Source: a virus. From it: a stretch of DNA of 64,000 nucleotides. The DNA lies in IMG/VR virus record IMGVR_UViG_3300024239_000016, positions 113,678-177,677 of that record, one strand, 5' to 3'. Position 1 is the first letter of the stretch. Each line of letters begins with the position of its first letter. Of this stretch, positions 48,644-56,895 are shown one piece after another. Under the pieces are notes generated by a model. It ran no database searches, was not told where the DNA came from, and worked only from the letters and a program-made list of their open reading frames with translations. A program made the position numbers and the translations under genes.

Positions 48644-49051
48644 ATGATCAAACCGCGACTACCAGATCACATAGCGTTAGATATACATTACGCTAAAGCT
48701 CAAGTCGATCACATGGCCGATCGATACGATTATGCAATTCTTGAAGACGATATGTTGTTTATCTTCAAGCGCTTTATTTATCTCCCTAAAGAGAATGCGG
48801 TAACTGACGTCCTTACTTTTTTAGGGAGTCTGACATACCTCGAAGAAATCGATGTAAGTAAAACAATAAATGAAGCTTGTCAGTTAGTTAAAGACGAGCT
48901 GACCAAAGTGCCTTCGCCTATTTACCAATATCGCCTAGATGCGATTTCTGATGACTGGGCTTTATTCACAAGAGATGATTTGGAGGAATTACAAGATGAC
49001 AGCTTCGGATATCCCTCCGAGTTCTTTCATGGATGGAAGCCAAGAATTTAG
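48644..49051 (+). CDS. Hypothetical protein
   Basis: 135 aa. Confidence 0.6.
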   Translation: MIKPRLPDHIALDIHYAKAQVDHMADRYDYAILEDDMLFIFKRFIYLPKENAVTDVLTFLGSLTYLEEIDVSKTINEACQLVKDELTKVPSPIYQYRLDAISDDWALFTRDDLEELQDDSFGYPSEFFHGWKPRI

Positions 49052-49646
49052 CGTAATTGGCGGCGGTATGAAAAGATTTGTTGATCCAAGTAAAGGATTC
49101 AGCAGCAATGAAGATATTGCCGAGATCATCGTCGGTAATCCACTGTTTCACAAAACTGAGACTATTACTTTGGTCTTGAATCTCAGTAATGCAAAGTGGG
49201 TAAGTGTTTTTTCGATCGCTGGCGCAATTATGCGAACTCAGAAAGGCTTTAATCCCCTTAACATCGATGACAAACATCTGATTCAAGCTGGGCCCAGAGA
49301 GCGCGTAATCGTGCCAACCAAGCTGAGACTTAGGCAAGATTTATTCCAGACATCTCTCGGTGATCTGCGCGCGACCGATATAGTTTCCGCCCTTGATTGG
49401 ACGCTGAGGAGCGTGCTATGCAATCATAACCTCTTAACGGAAAACATAATTGTTTCGGCAATCATCCTCCTGCCGAAACAGTATCCCATGCTAAGGCCAT
49501 ACGACAAATCTGAGTTCCGTTTTCATAAGGCGATGAATGAAAAATTGGTGGTTCGTTTTATGGAAGGACTAAGGGGTACGGGTCTCCCTAAAAACACTTT
49601 GCAGGTAGTGTCCGAATTTGCCGTAGGAGAAACCTATGACAGTTGA
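48996..49646 (+). CDS. Divergent macrodomain-like protein
   Basis: IIVGNP....TITLVLNLSN....FSIAGAIMR parallels the macro 'GDI...IVNAAN....GVAGAI.R' pattern; GGAGG RBS before ATG 48996. Confidence 0.45.
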   Translation: MTASDIPPSSFMDGSQEFSVIGGGMKRFVDPSKGFSSNEDIAEIIVGNPLFHKTETITLVLNLSNAKWVSVFSIAGAIMRTQKGFNPLNIDDKHLIQAGPRERVIVPTKLRLRQDLFQTSLGDLRATDIVSALDWTLRSVLCNHNLLTENIIVSAIILLPKQYPMLRPYDKSEFRFHKAMNEKLVVRFMEGLRGTGLPKNTLQVVSEFAVGETYDS

Positions 49647-50187
49647 GATGAAAAAAGTCCTCACATCTGAGATCTATGAAGCGGCTAATAAAAACGATTC
49701 TGGATTTCTTATCGTTATCAGGCTGTGCGTGGAAGAAATGCCGCTTACAAGAATAGATGCAGAGGAGATACTGAGAAACCTGAACAGTGGTGTTGGTCTA
49801 ATACCAATCGATGGTCTCGACTATCGGAGTAATTTGACAAATCAGGAAGATATCCTCTTTGAAGATATCATCAGTGCTTCTGGTTGGTCGATAAGTGATC
49901 ACGATCAGGAAAGCGATCTCGTAAATAAGGAAATTGATTTTACGGTCGGGATAACTTTCAGGGCCCTTACCGATAATCTCTCTAATTTCATCTTCTTCAA
50001 TAACGGTTTACATGAAGATGATGAATGTCCTAATTTGTGTGTAGTGATTCTGGTCGATGATCGCAGAAATACCGATCTAATTATGACTCGTGCAATTGAG
50101 CACGCTAAGCGATGGCACGCTACCAAGTTCGGTAAGGTACCTGCTATTTTTATCTGCAAGAGAGATTCGTTCTCTCATTTTCATTAA
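49636..50187 (+). CDS. Hypothetical protein
   Basis: 183 aa, AGGAG RBS, coupled to the upstream gene. Confidence 0.6.
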   Translation: MTVEMKKVLTSEIYEAANKNDSGFLIVIRLCVEEMPLTRIDAEEILRNLNSGVGLIPIDGLDYRSNLTNQEDILFEDIISASGWSISDHDQESDLVNKEIDFTVGITFRALTDNLSNFIFFNNGLHEDDECPNLCVVILVDDRRNTDLIMTRAIEHAKRWHATKFGKVPAIFICKRDSFSHFH

Positions 50188-50205
50188 AGTACTGAAGGAG
50201 AAAAC

Positions 50206-50733
50206 ATGTACCAGAAAGATAATGAAGGTTTCATCAAAGGGCCAGATGGAATTAAACGATATGTGCCGGCTGGACTATCGTTACATGCCAGTGGTTGCGG
50301 TTGGTATGCGACCACCTATACAGAGTTTGGTGATCGGATTTGTGTGTATTTTGGTGTGCGTCGCGATGGTAGTTTGCAGAAGGCTTATGAGAACGCGATG
50401 CAATATCTGAAAGATAACAGCGAAGCAATCGATTCGTTCTCCTATAGTGGCCTCAATCGTCTTGGTCGTCGTATCGCTGAATTGGAGCAAATGTCGATTA
50501 AATACGCAGACCGTGATCATATGCCAATGGGAATCAGCTATCGCAAAGCATCTTCGAGTAGTCTCTCCATCACTGTATCGCTAGTCGATAGTCACAAAAC
50601 TGTGACTGTGCCAATTGGCGATAGCTGTGTATGGGAAGCTACGGTAGCCGAGCTGCGAGTTATGCGACTTGATAAGTTGCAGCGATTAGCTGAACAGCGT
50701 CATCAATACGCCACAGAGCTCCTCAGTATCTGA
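50206..50733 (+). CDS. Putative DNA-binding protein with AP2-like repeats
   Basis: PAGLS...GWYAT......VYFGVRRDGSLQKAYENA and a second PMGIS repeat; no HNH motif. Confidence 0.45.
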   Translation: MYQKDNEGFIKGPDGIKRYVPAGLSLHASGCGWYATTYTEFGDRICVYFGVRRDGSLQKAYENAMQYLKDNSEAIDSFSYSGLNRLGRRIAELEQMSIKYADRDHMPMGISYRKASSSSLSITVSLVDSHKTVTVPIGDSCVWEATVAELRVMRLDKLQRLAEQRHQYATELLSI

Positions 50734-50745
50734 GCTCTACAGTAC

Positions 50746-50781
50746 AAAAGAACCCGCCTCTAATCGGGTTCTTTTTTTTTT
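50746..50781 (+). terminator. Intrinsic terminator
   Basis: AAAAGAACCCG...CGGGTTCTTTT plus T run. Confidence 0.8.
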
Positions 50782-50798
50782 CACTTAAGGGAGGTTTC

Positions 50799-51197
50799 AT
50801 GAATACAGTTCTTTACCGCAAGCGCGCTCCTATGGACGGCTTCAATACTCGCTTCAATGCTGGACTGAGGCTGGCATCGTTGCTTCGGGCATCTATCGAT
50901 TTGGATCCAAAGAAAGTCAAACCAAGTTATAAGCGCAAGCTTTTCTTAGACGCTTATATCGGGATGTGTTTCCACCATCACCGCTGGGATAGTGGAAAGT
51001 CCTACAAAATCGACATTACTCTTTTTGCCGAGAAGGTATGGACTGTGACGTGCAATGGCAACATGTGCGAAATTGTACTGACTACAGCCGATGGCCAGGT
51101 CATTCAACAATTCGATCATCCATCGCTTGTTACTGAAGTGTTTGATGGTATTTTCAAGGAATATGTCGCTAATGCCTTTGATTTGGTTGAGGTATAA
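50799..51197 (+). CDS. Hypothetical protein
   Basis: 132 aa, GGAGG RBS. Confidence 0.65.
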   Translation: MNTVLYRKRAPMDGFNTRFNAGLRLASLLRASIDLDPKKVKPSYKRKLFLDAYIGMCFHHHRWDSGKSYKIDITLFAEKVWTVTCNGNMCEIVLTTADGQVIQQFDHPSLVTEVFDGIFKEYVANAFDLVEV

Positions 51198-51215
51198 AAA
51201 AAACATCAGCATAAA

Positions 51216-51243
51216 TCCACTCTCCCCTCACGGGGAGAGTGGA
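51216..51243. terminator. Hairpin at convergent junction
   Basis: TCCACTCTCCCC-TCAC-GGGGAGAGTGGA. Confidence 0.75.
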
Positions 51244-51287
51244 GATAGCTAGACGTTATTCCTAACTACTAGCCGAAGCAGGCCAGA

Positions 51288-51794
51288 TCAGGTCTGTTCT
51301 TCTTCGATGCCGTCACGGGCATTGGTGTAGATGGTGACCAGGTCCATCTCGGTAGCGTCGCCGATACCGATGGTCGTCCACACGTTTTGCTTCTGCTCGT
51401 CGGTCAGGACCTGAACTGCGTCGAAACGAACGCGATTGTCCAGGGCCAGGAGCATGGCCGAGCCGGCGGTCTGGTCAGCGGCGATGTAGTCAGCGATTTC
51501 CTTCAGCGTGTCGAAGGCAGTCGGTGCATTGTCGACCAGGCCGCTGATGGCGGCGGCGACCAGTTGTTCGATCTTGGTGGAGCTGTAGGTCGAGGTACCG
51601 GCAGCGGCAGCGTCGTTGATGATGTTGGCAGCGAACTGTTGAGCCGAGGCACGGACTTCGTTCAGGGCCAGAACCAGGTTCGACTTTTCGGTCGTGGTCA
51701 GCTGAGCCGGATCGCCGAGCTTGGTCTTCAGGTCACCGACGTCGGCGCCGACGAGAGCGGCAAAGGCGTTCAGGATTTGGGCAAGTGTTTGCAT
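51288..51794 (-). CDS. Small head-fibre/decoration-type virion protein related to proteobacterial prophage proteins
   Basis: LTTTEKSNLVLALNEV, TYSSTKI, APTAFDTLKEIAD, RVRFDAVQVLT motifs; start at ATG 51794 with AAGGA RBS; markedly GC-rich. Confidence 0.65.
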   Translation of the reverse strand: MQTLAQILNAFAALVGADVGDLKTKLGDPAQLTTTEKSNLVLALNEVRASAQQFAANIINDAAAAGTSTYSSTKIEQLVAAAISGLVDNAPTAFDTLKEIADYIAADQTAGSAMLLALDNRVRFDAVQVLTDEQKQNVWTTIGIGDATEMDLVTIYTNARDGIEEEQT

Positions 51795-51916
51795 TTGGGC
51801 ATTCCTTGAGAGGTGGTTTGAAAATCGCCACATGGCGACTAACTAGAAAACGAACAAGCGAAGAAGCTATATTCGCCATACTATTCAAACGCACCTCTCT
51901 GTACATAGATTAAATT

Positions 51917-53470
51917 TTAACCTAAAACAAAATCAAGCATATCTTCAGTAGCTCCTTCTTTCTCAGAGCTCTTTAGATTTGGCTTACCGGGCGCAGAGTG
52001 TGATTTATCTTCAGCGTTGATATCGTCGAGGATAACCCCCTTTTTCAGGAATGGAAGAGCTGTGTAAAGATCCCTAGGATCGGTCTGGCCATTCAAACGA
52101 TGCTTACCACGCTGCACTGTTAAATACGAAACACCGTTGATTGTTTCGATATGAACAAATAGCTCGATATCTACTTCTTGGTCTACTGTTTTACATCCAT
52201 CGTAATAACCTTTGCCAGGCAGTCCTTTAACGAAGTTATCTCGGCCGTCACGGATTAGCTGTTTGGCTTCGGTGGAAAGTTGGTGTGGGGTGATCATTAC
52301 AATCCCTCGGGGATTGGTGAAATTACGAACTACTCTATACAGGGCTCTGATTTCCGAACCAGTAGGTCCGTTCTGTTTGAGCGAATCAGCCGGTAGCTGC
52401 TGTAGATAATCAAGCATAAGGAGCTTGATCTCATAACCTTGAGCCTCAAGCTTAAGGAGAAGGCCAATTAGATCTCGATGAGTCCATCTGGAGGGATCCA
52501 CGCGATACATCTTGACCTGGAAGCCACCACGTTGCATCTTCTCCTGTACATATCTTGCCTTTTCTTGAGCAGAGACACCGGAGTAATCCTCAACGATGCC
52601 AGACTCATTCTGACGATATGACTTGTACAGAAAATCAAAGTTCATTGCTAGGCTATCTTCGAATGAGATGCGCACTAGCAATGGTTTCTTTGTTTTATCC
52701 CTTAGGAACGGAACGTTGTAATCAGCTATCTGACGAAAGAGCGTCAGGCTAAATCCTGTTTTATATTGGTGAGGTAGAGCTCCGACGACTACGTTATCGC
52801 CTGGTCTGAAGTAGCCGCGTACCATTCGGTTAATGGCCTGGTATCCTACTTTTAAACCGGCCTCGCCAAGTTCTGTTGTTGCTACTTCTTCGAACACAGT
52901 GGTGATGGAATCTTGATCGCCGATGTCGATCGATCCGACGATAGCTGGATCTTGCTCATCCTCACCAACGGTGATAAACGGCTCAAGCTCATCCGCGATT
53001 TCGCGGGCCCATGCTCGGAAGTCAGTAATTTCAGATCGCGAAAAGCTCAACTGAGCTGCGGCTTTGCGTAAACGTTCTTGTAATTTACGCTCAGCTTGAT
53101 AGTCTTTCAGATACTTGGCTGTGCGAATACATGCAACAAGAACTTCGTTATCGAGTAGCTCAAATCCGATTGAACTCAGGAAGACATCAAAAAGAGATTT
53201 GTCCTGATTACAATCCAGTTTTAACCGCTGCAATAATTCGTCTTTTGTGTAAATAGTTGGCGCTGATTTATCGGCCATCATTGTAGCTGTTCGCTTCAGC
53301 GATACAATGGCTGATGTTTTATCGTTTGTTCCGACTGCTAACTCTGGTAGCTTAATCGACTTTATTAAATCGCGAGCTAGATCCCGATAGTTGGTAGTTA
53401 CCGTTGCATCCAGTTTAGATGAATGAAACAATAGGGTAATGATGTTTACTAATAGATAGCGTTCATCCAT
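51917..53470 (-). CDS. dnaB: DnaB-like replicative helicase (phiKZ gp118-like)
   Basis: VVVGALPHQYKTGF (Walker A variant), LMLDYLQ (Walker B), TPHQLS, RGKHR. Confidence 0.85.
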   Translation of the reverse strand: MDERYLLVNIITLLFHSSKLDATVTTNYRDLARDLIKSIKLPELAVGTNDKTSAIVSLKRTATMMADKSAPTIYTKDELLQRLKLDCNQDKSLFDVFLSSIGFELLDNEVLVACIRTAKYLKDYQAERKLQERLRKAAAQLSFSRSEITDFRAWAREIADELEPFITVGEDEQDPAIVGSIDIGDQDSITTVFEEVATTELGEAGLKVGYQAINRMVRGYFRPGDNVVVGALPHQYKTGFSLTLFRQIADYNVPFLRDKTKKPLLVRISFEDSLAMNFDFLYKSYRQNESGIVEDYSGVSAQEKARYVQEKMQRGGFQVKMYRVDPSRWTHRDLIGLLLKLEAQGYEIKLLMLDYLQQLPADSLKQNGPTGSEIRALYRVVRNFTNPRGIVMITPHQLSTEAKQLIRDGRDNFVKGLPGKGYYDGCKTVDQEVDIELFVHIETINGVSYLTVQRGKHRLNGQTDPRDLYTALPFLKKGVILDDINAEDKSHSAPGKPNLKSSEKEGATEDMLDFVLG

Positions 53471-53574
53471 TTGGTTTAGTTCCTCTGGATAACTTAATTA
53501 ACTCTGGTCAAGTGATTGTCCGCATGTAATTAAAAATAGCAGATGAGTGAATTTATGTTAAATTATAATGACCA

Positions 53575-53588
53575 TTACTAATTAGTAA
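53575..53588. promoter_or_regulatory. 14-bp palindrome in the divergent promoter region
   Basis: TTACTAATTAGTAA, 9 nt upstream of a TATG (53598-53601) late-promoter candidate. Confidence 0.35.
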
Positions 53589-53610
53589 ACAATTTTCTAT
53601 GGGGGACTCC

Positions 53611-54360
53611 ATGAGTTCAAATCCTGAACAACTGAAAGTGATTTTGCTGCCGCTTTCTATTCGCAAAACTCTTTTTCGTCATCGCCTGATTCTCGAAGAT
53701 ATTCTCTCTTTGGAAAAAATCAAGGACGTTCTCCCTCTGAGCGCTGTTGTTGACTTGGGGCTGGCACAAAATAGCATCTATCAGATGGTGCCGTTCAATT
53801 GCCCAACCGCTCGACTGCTAGGAACGACGCCGGTGGATCCATTACCGGTCGGCTATCATGTGTCTCCCGAAGCGCCATCCTGCGCCAAAGATGACGTTAA
53901 TTGCGGCGGTGATATGGCTATGCCAATCTACGGTAGTGTCTTTCAGCTCTATTCGTTGTTCAGCCATTATGCCGAAACGAGGCTAGCAGCTGCTCGTGAG
54001 TTCTTCCAACAGAAGGTAACTCCTGCTAGCAATCGGATTCAATCTGACCAGGAATCCATGAAGATGTTCTATCGTCGTATATTCCGAAAGGGCAGCGATG
54101 AATCTTATGGGTCAGTTACGTGTGCCTCTTTTGGGGACTCACTACCTGAATCGCAAGCTTTTGAAATAAACTTTGTTCGTGAGAACTTTGCAATCATTAC
54201 CTATGACGAAATGAAATTCCCTGATGAAGAGAATTTCCGTCGGCTGGTAGCTTCGTTGCTAGAGGCAAAACATCGTTATAGCAACTTTGAAATCATGGCT
54301 AAGGAGATGGGTGATCTACTCTCATTCCACCTGCGCTGCCTCCATCAGAAACCTATCTGA
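53611..54360 (+). CDS. Conserved protein upstream of the capsid gene (phiKZ gp119 position)
   Basis: ATG 53611 with GGGGA RBS (alternative start 53599). Confidence 0.6.
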   Translation: MSSNPEQLKVILLPLSIRKTLFRHRLILEDILSLEKIKDVLPLSAVVDLGLAQNSIYQMVPFNCPTARLLGTTPVDPLPVGYHVSPEAPSCAKDDVNCGGDMAMPIYGSVFQLYSLFSHYAETRLAAAREFFQQKVTPASNRIQSDQESMKMFYRRIFRKGSDESYGSVTCASFGDSLPESQAFEINFVRENFAIITYDEMKFPDEENFRRLVASLLEAKHRYSNFEIMAKEMGDLLSFHLRCLHQKPI

Positions 54361-54392
54361 AACTCCACTCAACTCCTTTCAAGGAAACAAAC

Positions 54393-56627
54393 ATGACATC
54401 TCCGTTCCTCAAGAAGCGCCAGAAGGGTTCAACGGCTCTGGCCAGCAAAATGTCCGAGCAACTGTCCGCAGTTCATAGCAAACTGAATGGCGGCCTGGCG
54501 GCCACTCTGGGCGTCGTCGGCAAGTCCGTCTACTCTCCGGAAAGTATGGACCTCAGCGATGCCGCTGATGTTGGCCATGCTCTCGACGAAGTCAGCTCGA
54601 TCATCGGTTCCGTTTTCTCGTTCGAAGAAGCCAAGCTCGGCAAATCCGGTGACATGGCGACCGCCGAATACCAGTTCGGCCGTGGCGAATTCGCTGACAA
54701 TGCTGCTCGTCTGGCTGCCGCTCTGGGTATGTCCCCGCGCCAGGCTGCTCATCGTGACCTGTCCCTGGAATCAATGGTCGCCGCTCCGCGTCGCATCGTG
54801 ATCGCCCAACCTCCTGGTGTTGGTGATTTCTTCACCAAGCTGCCGGAAGACATCAACGTTGGCCTCGAAGCCTACGACGAAAAGAACAACAAGGACGCCG
54901 TCGCTTTCTCGGTGGTCTGGAATGCCAACTTCCGTCAATCGCCCTGGGCCGAAGCCTTCTACCCGCTGTACCTGCTGACGCCGGATCAACTCGGCCTGAC
55001 CTTCACGGTTCCGGTCGTTCAGGTTCAGCCGGAACTGCGTCGTGATACGTCTGGCGATCCGACGAATTTCAATCGTCGCAACGTCATGCGCGCCCTGGTT
55101 GATCCGAGCATCATCGAAGATGACGCCACCGACATCATCCCGGTCGTTCGTCCGAGCTCGGCCGACAAGTTCCCCGATGCTTCCCTGATCGCTCCGACGT
55201 CGGTTGTCGTTGCTGGTGAAACCGTTCAAACCGCTCCGCTGCTGTTCGGCAAGACCATTGGTCTGCTGAGCATTGGTCAGACCGAAGCACTGCTGGCCAG
55301 CGGCGCTGCCGATACCAGCGATGCTGTCGATCCGTCCGTCAAGCTCGAAACCGTCTACGCCCAAATCGGCAACAAGGCTGTTCGCTGGGACGTCTCCGGT
55401 ATGTCTTACACCGACTTCAACTACTCGGTGCAGGACGAATACCGTAAGATGGTCGTCAATACGTCCTTCAAGAACCTGCTGATCAGCAAGGACACGAAGT
55501 CTACCGATGGCGCCAATCTGCCGGGTCTGGACGTCATCTATACCGACGGTCTGGAAGTTCGTGTTCAGATGGATGTCAATGGCTGGATCGTTCTGGAATC
55601 TGGCGATGTCCGCCTGTCTTCCGTCGAACTCCTGGTCACTGGCATCACTGATCCCGATGGCAATCGTCTGGCTCCGACCGATCCGAAGTATGTCGCAATC
55701 GCTGATGTACTCGAGAACCCGGCTCAAGCCAAGCCGCTGAGCTATCGTCTGCGTGCTCGTCGTACCAACAGCAACATGCGTCAGCGTGGCCAGCTGCTGA
55801 ACACCAACTTCTACACCCAGCTGCACGGTGTTCCGCGCCGCGCTCCGATTACGGTGGCCCGTCCGCAGAGCCAAAGTGATCAGAACGATGGTGCTGACAT
55901 GGCAGCTCTGCTGCAGACCACCTACGCTCGTGCCACGAACGCTGCCCATGCGGAATTCTTCCGCCACGCCGCTTTCCTGGAACAGTTCGTCGGTAGCCAA
56001 GGCAGCCACATCGGCGAAATGCCGGAAATCCTGGGTGTCTCGCGTCTGTGCGGCGTTCAGCCGTTCTTCGAGCGTCTGGAACTGGACATCGAGAAGGTCG
56101 TTCAGATCACCAGCACCGAAGACAAGACTCGTGCCGTCATGGAAGCGATCTGCTACACGCTGCGCGATCAAGTCTACCGTGGTTGGACCAAGTCCGAGTT
56201 CATGGTTGCTCTGTCCGCCATGCGTGGCCCTGGCAGCCCGAACCCGACGGTCATCGTTGGTGTCCCGCCGTACCTGCGCAACTATCTCCAGATCTTCGGC
56301 GATATCCGCATCTTCGGTGAGAACTTCGAATACCGCATCGTCGAATCGCTGAATCCGCTGCACAAGGATACGATCGTCTGGTCGTTCGGCTTCTTCGACG
56401 GCGGTGATGGTCAGCCGAATCCGCTGCACTTCGGTCTCTGCGCCATGCGTCCGGAAGTTACGGCCGTCCTGTCGCTGCCGCGTAACGGCAGCTACTCGAA
56501 GGAACTGACGGTTGTTCCGTCTTTCCTGCACATCTCCAACCTGCCGGTTGTTGGTATGGTCAAGGTCATCGGCCTGGAAGCTCTGGCTCTCACCTCCCTG
56601 GCCGTTCCGGTCAAGATGATTCCGTAA
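54393..56627 (+). CDS. Major capsid protein (phiKZ gp120-like)
   Basis: 744 aa, strongest codon bias in the window; propeptide with SPE/SFE/SLE sites and GLE-AYDEK maturation site near residue 159; MRQRGQLL and ELTVVPSFLHI motifs. Confidence 0.9.
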   Translation: MTSPFLKKRQKGSTALASKMSEQLSAVHSKLNGGLAATLGVVGKSVYSPESMDLSDAADVGHALDEVSSIIGSVFSFEEAKLGKSGDMATAEYQFGRGEFADNAARLAAALGMSPRQAAHRDLSLESMVAAPRRIVIAQPPGVGDFFTKLPEDINVGLEAYDEKNNKDAVAFSVVWNANFRQSPWAEAFYPLYLLTPDQLGLTFTVPVVQVQPELRRDTSGDPTNFNRRNVMRALVDPSIIEDDATDIIPVVRPSSADKFPDASLIAPTSVVVAGETVQTAPLLFGKTIGLLSIGQTEALLASGAADTSDAVDPSVKLETVYAQIGNKAVRWDVSGMSYTDFNYSVQDEYRKMVVNTSFKNLLISKDTKSTDGANLPGLDVIYTDGLEVRVQMDVNGWIVLESGDVRLSSVELLVTGITDPDGNRLAPTDPKYVAIADVLENPAQAKPLSYRLRARRTNSNMRQRGQLLNTNFYTQLHGVPRRAPITVARPQSQSDQNDGADMAALLQTTYARATNAAHAEFFRHAAFLEQFVGSQGSHIGEMPEILGVSRLCGVQPFFERLELDIEKVVQITSTEDKTRAVMEAICYTLRDQVYRGWTKSEFMVALSAMRGPGSPNPTVIVGVPPYLRNYLQIFGDIRIFGENFEYRIVESLNPLHKDTIVWSFGFFDGGDGQPNPLHFGLCAMRPEVTAVLSLPRNGSYSKELTVVPSFLHISNLPVVGMVKVIGLEALALTSLAVPVKMIP

Positions 56628-56649
56628 CGGGATTTGTCAGACTAAAGAT

Positions 56650-56680
56650 TACTCCTGCCCTACGGGGCAGGAGTAGTTTT
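56650..56680 (+). terminator. Intrinsic terminator
   Basis: TACTCCTGCCC-TACG-GGGCAGGAGTA followed by GTTTT. Confidence 0.8.
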
Positions 56681-56699
56681 ATTATGCCGCTTATTTTTA

Positions 56700-56739
56700 A
56701 AAAGTTAAAAAATATATAAAACTATATTACAGTAGTGTT
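56700..56739 (+). promoter_or_regulatory. Early promoter, TATATTAC at 56723-56730
   Basis: Exact core with a very A-rich upstream region; 18 bp shared with 24407-24424. Confidence 0.8.
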
Positions 56740-56895
56740 ATCGTACCATGGGATTCTAAAAACAAAGCTAATTGTAAAAAAAAAAGAACTTGCAGCCACT
56801 GACTGAGGAGCTCGCTCAGTTAAGCAATTTGAAAAGTACCGCTGGTACAAATAAGAAACTTTAAAGTTCATCGAGCATCATAGAGGTACCAAGCT

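Noticed and set aside
51917-53470. Inactive helicase because Walker A reads GALPHQYKT
   Set aside because: As I recall, this variant is typical of phiKZ gp118-type DnaB homologs; the KT and Walker B are intact
54771-56531. 586-aa minus-strand ORF opposite the capsid gene
   Set aside because: Shadow ORF caused by the capsid gene's codon bias; no RBS or motifs, and it lies fully inside a confident gene
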